From Anthoceros angustus (Eukaryota > Plantae > Anthocerotophyta), in the NCBI GenBank assembly GCA_010909165.1, contig MU008176.1, positions 488,856-552,855 on the forward strand: a stretch of 64,000 nt of DNA, in the 5' to 3' direction. The notes beneath the pieces were generated by a model. That model worked only from the letters and a program-made list of their open reading frames with translations, was not told the origin of the DNA and did not search any database. Both the position numbers and the translations under genes were made by a program. Position 1 is the stretch's first letter. Every line of letters begins with the position of its first letter. This document shows positions 12,560-25,367 of the stretch, piece after piece.

Positions 12560-13000
12560 CTCTTACTCCCGCCGTTCGTACTAACACCGTTGGAATCACC
12601 ATCCGGTTTCGTAATAACGGTTAAACTATTCTCTCGTCCATACATGTTGCAACTTGCAACAAGGAATTCATGTACAACTTTTTTAACCTTACTATCTATA
12701 TTCTCTTCTTCCAGGTATTTCAATTATATAAAAATTCAGTCAATTCTTTTGGTTTTAAGTAATATTTCTCATTTACAGAATCTTTCACTTTATGTCCTCT
12801 TCCTCTTCCGTGTTTGAGCACACAAACTGTCATATTCCTTCTGTGGTGTTTACGAGGTTTGGCACGTGTATTAACTATATCAAAAGTATCATCAGCGTAC
12901 CTTTGCCTCAAACATGCTTCATTATGCACAGCAAACGAGTTGAATTTATTTCACTTTTGTTTGCTGAAAATAAGTCAATTTACTTTACTTTCATCTGCAC
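12560..13000 (-). pseudogene. Decayed ORF of unknown origin (probably TE-derived)
   Basis: ORFs 12720-12929 and 12280-12723 are one frame broken by a single TGA (..LTEFLYN*KYLEEENIDSKVKKVVHEFL..); AT-rich. Confidence 0.25.
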
Positions 13001-15126
13001 TCGTCTTGGGCGGACTCGGATTGATACTTTCTGCCCAATTTTAGAGTCTTATCTCCTTTTTACCTACGATTTTTCTTCAAAGACCCCACCAGAAAAGTTT
13101 TGTTCCGCTCATAATCTTGCTTATGATAGACAGTTTTTGTTATTTAAAAACCTAAAATAATTCAATGAAACGTAGCTACATCAAACCCCAAAGATAAAGT
13201 GATGATACACAAAACCCCTTGAAGTAGTTTCCAGTGCTTGTGTGAGTTTCCATCAACAATCTATGTAAACACAACCATACATTTGGGCATTCATAACATA
13301 TAATTATGGAAAATCAAGTAAATTATATCTATATTATAACGCCAATGAGATCAAATATACACTGATTCACCTAGTAATTCATTGAAGAAAACTATCTAAC
13401 ATGTAATCTCTCCAATGTGCGATGTTACATTCTCATATTTTTTGATCCTCTATTCATTATATTGTTAAAGATACACCAAGAAATTTTAAAACGTCATCCT
13501 CAAAACTTTAAGAAGCTATTCTATGGTAAAAGCTCAAAATGGTACTACAAAGCTAAGAGCTATCAAACCAAAACTAAGGAGTAAAAGAAAAATTTGCTTT
13601 ATCCATTATTGTTGGAATAATGCGAACATGAATTGTACTATGGACGAACATGAATTGTACTGTGGACGAAACTCTGCGCCCATTCCGAGGGATCAGAAAT
13701 AACTTTTTTTGATTAGTATATTATTTTTATTAATTATTTTATTCTATTGTACTGCACCCGTATTCCACATCTACTCAAAGGACAGATGGAAGATTGAAAG
13801 TGTAAGAACTTTCTCTATTAAATGTATTATATTTTGTATAAAATAATGGTATGAAAACTGGGCAGGAGCGAGCTGGGGGGTAAGCGCAAGAGACAGCGGT
13901 GAACTCATTCGGAAAGGTGAAGGGTGAATGGGAATCGAAGGCGGGCCTGGTGGGGCAACATTAAATTGTGAGCACGCCACTGACCCGTGCAGCCCAGGGC
14001 AGCAGGAGGGCTCCTTCGGCAACAAGTCACTTGGCGCGGCTGGCCGCTGCCAGCCGTCCATGCGCGTCCTTCTGTGGAGGATGGACTGACATCCATCATC
14101 CGCATTCAAGAGCCGGGCGCCATATCGGTTTCTCGCTTCCAATTTTACTGTCGTCCGGCTTCCGCGCCAGCGCTAGCCTTGCCCCTCTTGCCTCACAATG
14201 CGTGCCCCGCCGGGTCCGGGTGTCCCGGGTCCTGGTCCCCCTTCGCTTCTTCAACACCTCTCCGCTGCGCGCGCTCTCCTCTTCTTCGTCGTCTCCTCCC
14301 AGGCTCTCCTCCCCCTTGCTCTCCTCGAGTCCTCGATTCCGCGCCGAGCTCGTAGCTCGCTCGCCTGCCGCAGATCCTCCGGACCGGCTCTTTTATACGC
14401 TGCCTCCAACTGCCCTCTCGATGCGCCTGCACCTACTGCTGCTTCCTCTCCGGATTTACCAGCCTGCTTCAGCTTGCGAGCTTCAGCGTCCTTGCAAGCG
14501 TTCTTGAAGCCATACTCAAGCCCCTGACAACTCGTGTCATTTCTGCTGCCTGCACGATTGCGGTTGGGGATCCGGAGCCGTTCGGATCACTGAGTTGCTC
14601 CTACTTGATCGGAAGCGAGCGGAGTACTGCTATCCGGCCTTTCGGCCTGGGAGGGGAATTTGCTTCCTCCAGCTCCCGCTGGCCTTGCCGCCGCATCCGT
14701 AGGATGCTTGTAGCACGATTGTCACAACTCTTCAGCTTTCGTGTGTAAATTATGCCTCTCTCTCTGCGGACAACCTGGAGTCGGGAACGTGCTTTGTAAA
14801 TTACTCTTTGGCGAGGCATTGCGGACAGTCTGCTAGTGCCATGACTGGACCTCTCTGTCTTCAATGCCTACGCACCGATCGTATACTTCCCGCCTTCCAC
14901 TCCGCAGCGAGGCGCGCACCGGGAGCGGTTTGTGAGCCTCCTTCTTCTTCTTCTTCTGCTTCTTCTTCTTCTTCCTAGGTCTTCTAGTTTGCCTGCCTCT
15001 CCCCCTGGTTTGGCACATCTCGTGCACATCAGAAATGGATTGCTGAATTCACCGTCACCTCCAACTGTCTGCTTGCAAGCTTGCGCACTCAACTCCAACC
15101 GAGGTTGGCGCGTCGCAGGCCTCTCG

Positions 15127-16597
15127 ATGAATCAGGAGGAGGTGCCATTGAAGACGCTGTCTGCGGACTTGTTGAGCCTCCTTGCAAACGGCCAGGCATT
15201 CAGTGATGTGACTTTCGCGGTCGAGGGAAGACATGTTTACGCACACAGATGTGTGCTGGCCGCGCGCAGTCAGTTCTTCCGCATGATTTTCTGTGGAGAC
15301 GTGTCGATGCAGAACACGCCTCAGCAACGCGCGGCCTCGCCTCTGGTTATTCCTGTTGGAATTGTCGGCTACGATGTGTTTCTCTTGCTTCTCCAATTCT
15401 TGTACAGCGGCCAGCTCGCCATTGCACATCAGCAGCATATGCATGGCATAGCAGCGTCTGCGTGCAAAGAGAAGGCCTGTTGGCACACGCACTGCACCTC
15501 TGCAGTGGACTTCGCCCTCGAGACCTTGAATGCAGCACAATTCTTTGGAGTGGAGCAGCTGTCTCTCCTCACTCAGGTGAAGCCTTGTCACCTCGCACCC
15601 GACTGCTTCTGCCTCTGCCCTCTAGATCATGACGGCCGCGAATTCATCCAGTGTCACAAACTGTGCGCAAGTTTGCTTTTGTTTCAAGTGCAATCTGTGT
15701 GACACTCTCTTACCGGCGTCGCGCTTTGTGTAGAGGCACTTGGCTGAAATGGCAGAAAAGGCTTCCGTAGAGGACGTGATGAGGATCTTGGTGGCAGCGA
15801 GGATGCAAGAGGGCTCGCAATTATGGTCAGTTTGTTCTAAGCTGGTAGCCAAGTCCGGTTTGCCCTCAGAGACGCTCCACAAGCACCTGCAACCCGAAGT
15901 TGTGGCCGAGATTGAGTCCATCCGCCACAAGGTAGGCTACGGAATCGAGACGCGGACGCACGACCCTTCCGAGGAGCAAAGGATTTTGCGCATGCGGAAA
16001 GCGCTGGAGATATCCGATGTGGAGCTGGTCAGGCTCATGGTGATGGGAGAAGGGCTTAATCTGGACAAGGCTTATGCGTTACACTATGCTGTGAGTCATT
16101 GCAGCAGAAAGGTTGTGCAGAACCTCTTGGAGCTTGATGCCGCCAATGTGAATGCACTGGCTCCTGACGGTCGGGCACCCCTTCATGTAGCCACAGAGAT
16201 GGCCGATCCGGAGATGATAGCGGTGCTCTTGGATCATCGAGCAGACCCCGGTTGCCGCACATCCACGGGAGTCAGAGCAGTCGATTTGGCACGCAGCCTT
16301 GCATCTGACGCGCTTGCGGTGGGAGCCATCACTGGCCTCAAGTCTGACCACAGCACTAAATTCAGGTTGTGTGCCGACTTGTTGGAAGCTGCAGCCTCCA
16401 TGGACGTCCGGAAGCAAGAGCCTGTGTGCATCACGGCAGTCACAACAACGAGTGACAACAACGTGCCCACTCTCATAGCTATGAGACCATCCATAGCCAG
16501 TAATCCTCCCAATGCCACTCTGCTATCTGCACATCCTCACGAGACACACTTCTACCCGGTGATGGGGCATTCCAAAGGTAAGTTGAGCCTATTTTGA
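15127..16597 (+). CDS. BOP: BLADE-ON-PETIOLE-like BTB/POZ-ankyrin protein (NPR family); exons 15127-15576 and 15734-16597
   Basis: NGQAFSDVTFAVEGRHVYAHRCVLAARS, CWHTHCTSAVDFAL, SDVELVRLMVMGEGLNLD and ankyrin PLHVA; single intron at the conserved LLTQ position. Confidence 0.95.
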
Positions 16598-16837
16598 CCC
16601 GGCCACCATCCCCTTGCTTGCTTCGAGTCAGTCTGCTCTGTGATGTACTAGCTAGCCTCCAGTCCCCAGGTCCTCCGAGAGAACATAGCGGACTCGCTTG
16701 CTTATCAGTGTCCAGTCATTCATTTCTGTAGATCTGCAGTTGACGTTAGCTAGCGTTCTCTGATGACAAACATAGAGATATAGGTCCCACCTGACCTTAA
16801 AAGTTCTCTTCTACTTTGTTCACTTTTTGAATGCCTA

Positions 16838-17248
16838 GTGTACTTGGGATCTAAGCTCGCCATCACGTTTTTCACAGTGCTGCCTGAGCAATATAGAGAA
16901 CCTGAGCGAGGGGAGACAAGTGATCCAATAGCAAGGCTGCTGTATCCATGCACCTTAGACTGCCTTCCCAGTATCCATGAAGATTCCCTTAGTAGCTTCT
17001 CCTGTGTTGAGAATCCTGGTTCAGGTTCAGGTTCAGGTTCAGGTTCAGAGGAGGAGAGAGCGAGGAAGAGGTATCGGTCCCGGGATTCTGACCTAAGAGA
17101 TATGCTCAAGGAGGTTGTGCTCAAGGACATCACCCACGGGAGTATGCTCCTCAATGAATATGCTGAGCAAGCTTCGATTGTTGAGGACGAGGTCAACAGT
17201 CTTCTTTCAGCATCAGCTCTCTGCGGCTCTCATGACATGAATGTCTAG
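16838..17248 (+). other. Orphan ORF or exon fragment containing a (GGTTCA)5 microsatellite
   Basis: Open on both strands for about 400 bp; acceptor-like ttttcacag near 16878; microsatellite at 17018-17047; no family recognised. Confidence 0.2.
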
Positions 17249-18099
17249 GTAGTTAACTTACCCCACAGAGCCCTCCCGAGCACACTATGCATCCACTATG
17301 TGAAGCTAGCGAAGCTTCACTCATCGACAACCAACACGTGGCAAGAAAGGGAAGGGAAGCAAATCAAGCAGGTCTTCGATCCACTTCCTGTAGTCCCAAG
17401 CCTGATCCTAGAAACAAAACCTCATCAAACGAGCATTCTCGAATGCCGTTGCTGTCTACACCAAATCTCATTCCCGGTGGCAACTTAATACGCAAGCTCC
17501 CGGGAACAGAGACTCCAGAGGCAAGCCCTGTACCCTCAATAAAGAATGTCCTTCTACGTCTTGCATGTGTGCTACACTTAACTTGTGTAGGTCATGTACA
17601 GATGTACATGTGTGAGAACAGACGCCTGTCAGACGGAACACCTCTCCGGCCTCTGCACACCTCAGAACCCGCAGCTGTTTGTGTACGCTGTACTGAAACA
17701 GAAATCAGAAATCCTGTGCATCATGCAGCCTACGGCGTACATCTGTAGAAGGGTGAGCGAAGAACACAAGGCCGGAATTTTTTATTTTAGCTTTCGTAGG
17801 CTTCCCAGGCACCTCTACAATGATGCTCGCTTAGCGCTCCCTCTTTCTCTAGATAGCCTTGGGCTTGACTTGCGCTTGACTCCCAGGATGAGTTTGGATG
17901 AGTTTGTCTGCTTCTCCCTTGGTGGTGTTTGCTTTGTTCTAGGAGTGAGGATTCTGGCTATCAAGAGATTGCAAGCCGTCTTCGGCGCAATTTGTTAGGC
18001 CAAGCCGGTGAATATGCCCACGCTGCCATGACTCTTCGCCCCGTCCCTTTGGCCATTTGCGGCATCGCAGCCGTACTATTGCCCTCCAATGCCGCTCCC

Positions 18100-18900
18100 T
18101 TCTCCAGCAACACCTCAATCCCCTTGAAATTGGCATTGCCAGAGGAAGAGGAGGATGCATCACCTGCTGTTGCTGCTTTGTGGATGATCGCCGTGGAGAG
18201 GCCCGTTGAAGAGCAATTGAAACTTGCCGTCTGAAGAACGCCGTGAAGTAGGAAAGGACAGCCCCGCACCGTGCCTGCGGGCATGATAAGCCTTGGCACA
18301 GGACTTGATAAATGTATTGAAGCCAACGCCCTTGAAACTTGATAAATGTATTGAAGCCAACACCTCATACGTTTCAAGGGTGAGCAGAATGAATTGGTGG
18401 CCCACTTGCATCCCACTATATTTTTTGACTTTAAGAGTCACCGCTCCAGTTGCAACCCAACCTAGACAATTAGTGATAATCTGAGCAGAGACGGTGTCGC
18501 ATGCCAGGTTAGTGACCACCATGTCCGCCATCGAAACCTGGTCGCCATGATAAGGTACAAGTGAGCCCTGATTAACTGACCTATACGAAGAGTGTACCCC
18601 GCTCCCTCTTGGCCATATAGCCTCTTTTGCGAGCTATGGCGAACATGACATCGCAGATGGCATCATGGGTGGCGATGCGATGACCCCCATGAGGGCAACG
18701 AGCAAAGTGTATCCTAAAGTCATCGAGGGCAGAGCCACGCTCTCAGGTTTGAAGGGAAGAAGCCACATGCTAAAGTAAGCCAAGAGGGCATGGGAAGCGG
18801 GTTTCAAACAACCCAAGAATGTGATCCAGTTGGGTCCGCAATCATTCCTCGATGAAAGAGGCACCCCTGGGAGAGCGGTCCTAGACACTGGCGTCTCCGC
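18100..18900 (-). mobile_element. Degenerate non-LTR retrotransposon C-terminus (zinc knuckle plus restriction-like endonuclease; CRE/R2-group type)
   Basis: *ERGSALDDFRIHFARCPHGGHRIATHDAICDVMFAIARKRGYMAKRE (decayed CxC..H...C knuckle plus RHD-like motif), ADMVV, KVKKY, ETY, RQVSIALQRA..AII; contains stops, frameshifts and an internal 25-bp direct repeat (18303/18337). Confidence 0.65.
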
Positions 18901-20380
18901 CACGGGGGTGGTGGGGGTGGCAAGACACACGTGGGCCGCCCATGTAGTCGGCTCGAAGTCCTTATATGCCCAATGTGGGTTTTCACCCTTTTAATTCCGC
19001 AGCAAAGCTAAGCGCAGACCGGACAGGGATTGTCGATCTTGAGGGTCATTGAAGGTGTGGACCGCCCCATTGGGGAGAGCACAAAATACTCCACACAACA
19101 ATTAGCAGACCCGGAAAGTGCTAGGAGGGAAGGATCCCACTTTAGGAACAATAACCTCAGCTGCTAAAGGACTAATGGCAAAAACCCAAACTGATTAGGA
19201 CAGATGGCAAAAAAAGTTTGCAGAGAGAGAGAGAGAGCAGTTGCATTGGGTACCCGGGAGTGTTTGCACCGAGGATCGAAAACAAAACGTCCCCGGCCTT
19301 TACCGCATGGAGTGTGCACTCCGTATGGCGAGCCCCAATAGGCCAGCCAAAAGCCCCGGCCTAGAGGGGCCGCAACCCGCCAAAACCCTAGACAACCCAC
19401 CGCACCAGCGAGAAGAAAGAAGAAATGAAGCCGTCGTGAAAGAAGAGTTGAAAACAAAAATATTCACAACAAAGCATGTCAAAAACCCAAAAAATGTCAA
19501 CAGTGGGATTCAGACCCATGCCCTTTCAGACCAGAACCTTTAATATGGCGCCCTAGATTTAAAAAAAAAAATCAAATTTATTTAAAGTCCACTAAGGACT
19601 GACATTCTGCCATGGGACTCGATTATCTAGACAACTTGCTTTATGAAGTAAACTAGGCTACTAGTACCAAAGGCATTCCTTTCTAGGGATTCCATCGTGA
19701 TCCCCTTTGCATTGGAGAGGGCTTAACTACGACGTTCTTTAGATATCCGTGTCCACTTGGTCTGAGCCATTTGGACACAACTTGATCTTATCGACTCCAC
19801 TGTAAAACATGTTCGTGATTTTGTATAAGTTTTAAAAGAAATTCTCCTCTTCTCATTATGGTATACCTTGCATTTGTAGCACATTTGTCTTGTAAGTACT
19901 TACACATCTGTTGCCTATTGACAATAAAAAGTCTCAGATTATATAGACTTTCAAATTTGGGAGCCATCCAAGAACGAGGATTTTGGAGAAGTCGATATTT
20001 TCACAATCTACCTTGGAAAATGATTAGGCTTAATTATATTTTTTAAATGAATGGAGAATAATTTTAAATATAATAATTTTATTTAATATAATATAATATA
20101 GTAAAGATTTATATCAAGAATATTAAATAAAAATTAATTGATAGCTAAAGTAACACCCCTTTTCAAATGAGGTGGGCACCACGAAGCATGCATACAAAAC
20201 ATCACCAGACACCAAAGACTAGGCCTCCAAGTAGCCCGTCCTTCCACGTGACGACTCGCGGTCGGCCGTGCCTATTTATTCCAAAGAAGAGTCAACAAGA
20301 ATACATGAGAGATCGAGAGAGCTCCCCATCTTTGCCTAAGCTAGGAGCTTAGCCTCCCCTCGATCTCCTCCTCAGCCTCC

Positions 20381-20554
20381 TCTAGCACGCTCACACTCTA
20401 GGCTCCCAAGGCCTCCAGGCACCAAAGTCCTATCCTCACAAGAGTGTAGCTCCCAAGTGCTAGGATCCTTCTAGACATGCTCATACTCAAGGCTCCCAAG
20501 GCCTTTAGGCTCCAAAGTCCTATCCTCAAGAGTGTAGCTCCCTATGCTAGGATC
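20381..20554. repeat. About 90-bp tandem repeat (2 diverged copies)
   Basis: ggctcccaaggcct..ccaaagtcctatcctc..agagtgtagctccc at 20401 and 20491. Confidence 0.85.
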
Positions 20555-21205
20555 ACAACTAATATAATTTTAAAATATTTTTCTAATTATTAATAACATA
20601 ATAATATTTTGATATGCTATTAGAACTTATTTTGATTGTATATTCTAAAAACTTGTAATATGTATTGCTGATGCCCGGTTAAACAACATGATGCTGTTCC
20701 CGGCTTCACAAGGATAGACATAAAGTTGACAAAGGTAGGAATATGCTTGTTGATCAATGACTGTTTCTCCTGTTTCTTCGGATGTCTTTATGGAATAGAT
20801 GCTGAAATGGGCTCATTAACTGTGCCAATCTTAAAAGTGAATTCCTTGTGCTAGTAAATTTCTTGTGCTTATAGCGTTGCCTTGTGTACGCTAGGCAATC
20901 TCAGCACCACTAGTTAGAGCCTTCGTCTTCCTGAAATGGAAAAACCGGCGTGCACTCCGGGTCATTAGCTTTCAGATCTTTGAGGTCGTAATCCTTTTTC
21001 GCTCCAAGTTTGCGGAAATACTTTCACACCTTCTCCACTGTAGAAGGTGATCCAAACACGCCTTGAAGTCCAGTTTGTGACTTGCCGTCAAGGGCATGCA
21101 TCCCAAGGCGCAGCACATGAGCTTGATGACATGGTTGAAGTCCACATATACAGTAACATCTGAAAGCCAGCGAGCTTATCTTAAAGGCCTACACGACACA
21201 TTATC

Positions 21206-21648
21206 CTAGAACCGGAGCTTGGAAAAAAACCACCGGTTCTTGCCAGTCTTAAACCTCTCCTCCAAAACTGCCTTGGTCTCCTGAGAACATCCCATGCCCG
21301 CCAACGATGAATCAACAAACTAAACTTTGATACGCAGATCATGACGATAGAACAAGGTAAGCACAAACCTTGCGGGCCTCTATTCGCTTGGTCTTCGTCT
21401 CTAGTTTCTCAGGCACCACAATGTTCTTGAGGTCGACGTCCAGAGAGTACCTGCCGCGCGGAAGAAGAGAAACGTATCCTTCAATGAACTGCTAAGCAAC
21501 GTTCACCTGCATGTCACACGAGGACACACCGCACAAGGCAGCAGCAGATGCGGCACCTGGTAGGCATGATGTGGTTGTAGTTCACCACCTTGATGAACGC
21601 TTTCAACCTAGAGCGCTTGGCGATCATCTTCGCAGACTGCTTCATAAC
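21206..21648 (-). pseudogene. RPL27: 5'-truncated 60S ribosomal protein L27 (eL27) gene with two introns retained; exons 21648-21557, 21450-21369, 21280-21206
   Basis: [31 protein letters not shown]|YSLDVDLK..EARK|[24 protein letters not shown]; the N-terminal third is replaced by PPR sequence on the opposite strand. Confidence 0.9.
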
Positions 21649-21649
21649 A

Positions 21650-23200
21650 CAGGGGTGGACAAATGGCACGGACTTGGCCAGCAGATATCTGCTTGTTCTG
21701 TCAGGAGAAATGGAGCAGGAGAGCCTCACCTCGCCTGACTGTGTTGCCTTTGCGTGCATTCGAAGGATCCGTGGAAGCACATATGCATAAGTACAGGCAC
21801 CTCCAATCATAGGGTGTTGGAAGAGGTTTGCTCTTTAAACGTGGGAGCCCCCCGGTGGGGATGTTTGCAAATGTGCGGACTGAAGATGCTCGGTAGTGTG
21901 GTACAAGGTGGCATTCCTCTTGAATTGTTTGTTGCCAAGCGGCAACAGGCGCTTGTCCTGTATGAACGAATGGAGCAGGGGGGCCTGATTCTGGCCAACT
22001 GTGTCACCTTGCGTGCCTTCTGAAGGCCTGTGCAAGCCCTGGTGCTTACACACGGGCAGGCAGCGGCACTCGTAGACTGTGGGAAGAGAACTGGTGGACA
22101 ATGCAATCTTGGGCAACTGTCTCGTGGACATGTTTTGCAAAATGTGGTGACTGGAAGATGCTGGCCAATTTGACAGCATGTCCACTGCCGATTGCTGGAT
22201 ATCATGTTACCATTGCCGATTGCTGGATATGCAAATGTGGTGGACCGAAACACGCACGCCATAGTTTGATAGCTTGAGCACAAAGAATGTGGTGACATGG
22301 ATTGCCCTGATTACTGGGTACGCACAGCAAGGACTTGGTAACGAGGCTCTTGTTCTGTATGGACAACTGGAGCGAGAAGGCCTGGGTCTGGCTAACCATG
22401 ACGCTTTGCTTTCCTTCTGAAGGCTTGTGCAAGCACGGGTGCCTTTCAGGTGGGCAGGCAACTGCCCTCGTAGATCACATGTGGGAAGAGGACTAGTGCA
22501 ACTGAGAGTGTAATCTTCAGCAACTGCCTGCCTATGGACAACTGAAGCAAGGAGGCCTCATTTGGGCTAACCATGTTTCCTTTACTTGCCTCATGGGCTA
22601 ATCATGTTACTTTCACCTGCCCTCTGAAGTCCTGGGCAAGCGTGGGTGCCTTACAGACGGGCAGGCACAGCACTCACAGATCCAAGGAAAGAGAACTGCT
22701 CGATAACGAACTGGTGGGGGAACTGTGCGGTGGAGATGTATGCAAAGTGTGGTGAACTGGAGGTCGCAGGCCAGGTTTTTGACAGCATGAACACAAGAGG
22801 ATATGTCGACCTGGAACGTCCTCATGTCTGGGTGTGCTACTAATGATGGCCACAGGGCACTGGCTTGTTTGCAGGAGACGCTAGTTGCTGGTGTCCAGCC
22901 TGACAGTGGCCAGGCCACCTTGTTTTGGCTATATAATTAAGTACAACTGTAGAATGCCTAGAAATACAGAAATTATGTCTTCCTTTTGCCGAACTGGCGA
23001 AATGTTCTGAAGTGCCGGACTCTGCTCCTCTCGACGAGCGCAGCCTCGGGGGGCTGTGTCTGAGAGTGTCAATCACGAAACCAGGCCTTCTGTATGATTG
23101 GACGTTGAAGAAGCTCGGCAGCCTAAAGGCGAGGTCGGATGTTTTTCCAGGCAATTTCGGTGATGGCAATCTGCTAGGCAGCAGGCTGTCCTAATGGAAT
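21650..23200 (+). pseudogene. Degenerate PLS-class pentatricopeptide repeat gene
   Basis: [70 protein letters not shown]; multiple stops and frameshifts. Confidence 0.85.
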
Positions 23201-24029
23201 TGGATGTAACGCTAAGAGAGAGCGACCTGGTAGCAGACCGCAGCTGATCAGAGAAACAGATTGCTCGCAGCGTCAGAAAAATTAAATCAGCCGGGAGCCA
23301 GAATCAAAGACTGTCACATATCATTGCCGGAAACGGCACAGATTGGAGTTCCCTTTCTCCAGGATCTTCAATTCCATCGGGAAACTCTTCTGCGTGCTAG
23401 GGTACTTTCTCCTTCCCATTCATTTCTCCTGCCGAGTTCTGCCACTTGAAGCTCGCCACCAAGCCAAAAGCACATACCAGTACTGACCCACCGTATTTGA
23501 AACGAGGTACTTATCTTTGTACTCTAAACCGTACTCTTGTATTACGTGATATCATGGTATTATATTAGATTACTACCTGAGTCTGTACTGAGTAGATAAG
23601 TACTCAAGTAGTAACGGCTGGTTTTGGTTTTTAGTCCGTCAGGAAGGCGGTCAACGGTCAATCAGCGTCCAGTGCCCCGTGGGGGTTGAGCACTCTCCAA
23701 ATGGCTTAGGCCAAAGGGACACACATTTATAAGAACGTCGTTGTTAAGCATCACGCGCTTAGATCGATACTTAGATGGGGTGCTTAAAGGGAATGGATGC
23801 CTTGGTGCAAGTAGCTTAGGCACACCATGTTACAAGTTGTCCTTAGTGTACTTCAATAAAATTCTTCTTCTTCTTCTCCAAAAGCTTTCTACAATTCCAC
23901 TGTAGATTTTCGGCAGGGGAATGGTGGCAAATGGTGAAGCCGAGCACGAACTGTCTATTGACTGTATCACGTCCAGAGAGCTTTTGCAATCTCATCAATC
24001 TGCAAACTCTGGCAATCAACTATTGTTAC

Positions 24030-24760
24030 GGTTTTGGCAGGTCAGGGGGCCCATCCCCGCATGTATAGGGTCCCTGTCAGCTCTCAGCACGATAACTTTC
24101 TGTGACAAGAGCCTCTCCCACATCCCTGTGGAACGTGACCTCTGTTAACCTGTCTTCCAACCAGCTCACCAGCCTGCCTCCTGCGGAAGAGAGCTCAGGG
24201 TCTTGGAATCTTGGACGAAAGCGGGAACACACTGAGCCACTCCCGACCTCATCACTTGATGGAAAACGTTGCAAAGTTTTGGGCTTGGCCCGGCCCCGCA
24301 ACCATTTCTCAGGAGCCATTCCCTCCTTCCTCCTTCCTCGAAGCTCTCTCCGGGTGCCGCACCTGTCCGGATACAAGCTTACTGGGTCCCTGCCTCCCAA
24401 GAGCGTGGCTGGACTTGCGGCCATAATAAATTGGACAGGAGTAGGAGCCGATCTCCAGTGTATAGGACGTGGACCCTACTACCACGATGGAGTTAGTACT
24501 CTTCAGAAACTTTACTCATGACGACCGCCACAGCAATAGACGTGGCACGCCCAACAACTCCCTCACGCAGACACTACCTTCGAACATCGGATCCTGTGCA
24601 CGGGAATGCCATGATGGGCTTTCGGGGATTGATAGGAATTCTCGCCGAGCTCCGGATCTTTAGCTATCGCGCACGATTCCAAGCTATTCCTTTGCCGAGA
24701 ACTTGCAGAGACTCCCGGCCCCGGATTTTGCAGGCAATGACGTGTCACAGGTAGGAGGAA
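24030..24760 (+). pseudogene. Degenerate extracellular LRR (receptor-like) gene
   Basis: GPIPACIGSLSAL, VNLSSNQLTSLP, NHFSGAIPS, KLTGSLP and NNSLTQTLPSNIG in shifting frames. Confidence 0.65.
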
Positions 24761-25367
24761 GGAATCGAAGCTTCATATACACATCGTCGCTTTTATCCTA
24801 GCAGAGAATGACCCCACAGGAGAGAGTCCCCGACAAACAAAAGGTCACCTTGGAATGAAATGGAGAAGTATGTTCCATAGCGAGTGATGCACTCCTCCTC
24901 CTACAACGTCATAACTAGGGCTCGAAACAACCTACCTGACAGGACTTGCCTACGATCAAAGGGCTTGGCAAGCTCTTGCCCAAGATGGCAACAGCCATGT
25001 ACTTGTAGCAAAACAGTCCTTGCTCAAGAAACTATTGCAACTGTCAAAGAAGGTGCAAATACCAGTCCTTGTGAAACAGAAATAAACTCCCTTCTCAAAT
25101 CATTGGGTCAGGGAAATGAATGTGCTAGGTATGCTAACATCGTCCTATGCATTGCACTGCGAGGTCCAGTCTGAGAATGGAAATGATGAGCCCGAGCATC
25201 GCTTCCGTCATCTGCAACATATAACATATGTCTGGCCAGTGGCTACAACATATGACTGGGGCTTGCCTCACCCACAACAGGCTAGTGCATAAATTACCAG
25301 CCAGAGTTCATGCGCCTCTTCACAAAAAAATTCTGCTCACACCGAGCGTGTCCCCAGGGAGAGCATA

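Noticed and set aside
14932-15126. Upstream in-frame extension of BOP with poly-Leu
   Set aside because: Non-ATG start; derives from a (CTT)n leader microsatellite; homology starts at 15127
20930-21170. Protein-like text just 3' of the RPL27 fragment (KYFRKLGAKKDYDLKDLKANDPECTPVF)
   Set aside because: Short, interrupted by a stop and unassignable; may be a co-captured exon but cannot be supported
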